Source: an uncultured Gammaproteobacteria bacterium (GTDB lineage Bacteria > Patescibacteriota > Microgenomatia > UBA10105 > UBA927). Taken from it: 42,969 nt of DNA. Numbering within the stretch: the stretch's first letter is position 1; the number at the start of each line of letters is the position of its first letter. Positions 42,620 to 42,969 of the stretch are shown one piece after another. The position numbers and the translations under genes were made by a program. The stretch spans positions 1-42,969 of the forward strand of contig CAZVTJ010000001.1 in NCBI GenBank assembly GCA_964630015.1, given 5' to 3'. The notes under the pieces are model-generated. The model did not search any database. It was given only the letters and a program-made list of their open reading frames with translations, and was not told the DNA's origin.

Positions 42620-42631
42620 CCGCTTCTTTCC

Positions 42632-42661
42632 TTGTCCTACCGGTAAAAAATGCGATACAAT
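42632..42661 (+). promoter_or_regulatory. Putative promoter (TTGTCC-18 nt-TACAAT) 11 nt upstream of tRNA-Arg(TCG)
   Basis: Hexamers at 42632-42637 and 42656-42661. Confidence 0.35.
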
Positions 42662-42672
42662 AAACCAAGTTT

Positions 42673-42745
42673 GCGCCCGTAGCTTAATGGATAGAGCGTC
42701 TGTCTTCGGAACAGCAGGTTGGAGGTTCAACTCCTCCCGGGCGCA
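42673..42745 (+). tRNA. tRNA-Arg(TCG)
   Basis: Manual fold: GCGCCCG TA GCTT AATGGATA GAGC G TCTGT CTTCGGA ACAGC AGGTT GGAGG TTCAACT CCTCC CGGGCGC A (27-43 mismatch). Confidence 0.85.
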
Positions 42746-42747
42746 CA

Positions 42748-42756
42748 TGTTATAAT
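42748..42756 (+). promoter_or_regulatory. Consensus extended -10 (TGTTATAAT) 13 nt upstream of the tRNA-Lys-like element
   Basis: Read directly from the sequence. The spacing to the element matches that seen for the real tRNAs in this window (10-17 nt). Confidence 0.45.
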
Positions 42757-42769
42757 CTGCAGGTATTTC

Positions 42770-42883
42770 GGGCGTGTAGCCTTTGCCCGCCGAAGCTGAG
42801 TTTGACTCGGCGAAGGAGGGTCAACGGTAGATCTCGCTTCCGCCAGCTGACGGATGGTGGACTCTTAAGCAATCTACACGCTT
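42770..42883 (+). ncRNA. tRNA-Lys-derived chimeric structured RNA candidate (unclassified)
   Basis: Three blocks (11+11+12 nt) are 100% identical to tRNA-Lys(CTT) positions 1-22 and 31-42. They are separated by 40-nt and 30-nt unrelated GC-rich blocks. The 3' end CTACACGC pairs with GCGTGTAG at the 5' end. It has its own -10 element. Confidence 0.45.
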
Positions 42884-42898
42884 TGAAATTAACAATCA

Positions 42899-42969
42899 GG
42901 GCGTGTAGCTCAACGGTAGAGCAATTGCCTCTTAAGCAATCGGTTCCGGGTTCGAATCCCGGCGCGCTC
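42899..42969 (+). tRNA. tRNA-Lys(CTT), truncated by the window end (discriminator missing)
   Basis: Manual fold: GGGCGTG TA GCTC AACGGTA GAGC A ATTGC CTCTTAA GCAAT CGGTT CCGGG TTCGAAT CCCGG CGCGCTC. Confidence 0.85.

Noticed and set aside
1-42969. CRISPR arrays, IS elements/transposases, integrases, rRNA genes and alternative genetic code (UGA or UAG recoding).
   Set aside because: There are no regularly spaced direct repeats and no transposase or integrase-like ORFs. All conserved genes read through uninterrupted with standard stops, so code 11 fits.

Overview
This 42,969-nt window is densely coded and mostly housekeeping. The gene content is consistent with a small-genome, fermentative CPR/Patescibacteria-like bacterium using the standard code; this is inference only. 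Supporting traits are an ADP-forming acetyl-CoA synthetase, a form II/III-like RuBisCO, short HolA/UvrC/SBP versions, many 4-nt ATGA gene overlaps and overlapping convergent gene ends. Left part (1-29.2 kb): dinB (partial), metK, rarA, a Nudix gene and a holA-like gene come first. A sugar-phosphate and lower-glycolysis block follows (PMM/PGM, IMPase-family, PGI/PMI, ppsA, eno, ADP-forming ACS), then rsmI and dedA. Next is a lexA <-> uvrB-uvrA-(transglutaminase-like)-uvrC repair cluster, then DUF360, yvcK, secG and an orphan SBP. The part ends with a catalytically intact RuBisCO lying tail-to-tail with a phosphoribulokinase-like gene. Right part (29.2-43 kb): a lower-GC region carries 13 tRNA genes interleaved with single protein genes (engB, obg, GH13, an rRNA m5C methyltransferase, a Ddl-like ATP-grasp protein, a C45 Ntn-hydrolase, a polyprenyl synthase, DUF192, a secreted GH-A-like hydrolase and a 570-aa membrane protein). 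The most notable observations are: (1) two tRNA-derived chimeric elements next to their parent tRNAs, a tRNA-Lys-like RNA with its own promoter at 42770-42883 and a tRNA-Gln-like element at 29330-29430; (2) the RuBisCO/PRK pair; (3) a symmetric divergent lexA/uvrB control region with two GTAT-N7-ATACCC palindromes, each over a -10 element; (4) tRNA oddities (Leu-AAG, a His tRNA with a non-canonical elbow, a Phe tRNA with a type-II-like D arm); (5) a tRNA-punctuated gene layout, including a gene that starts 1 nt after a tRNA. No CRISPR array, integrase/transposase or rRNA gene was seen.
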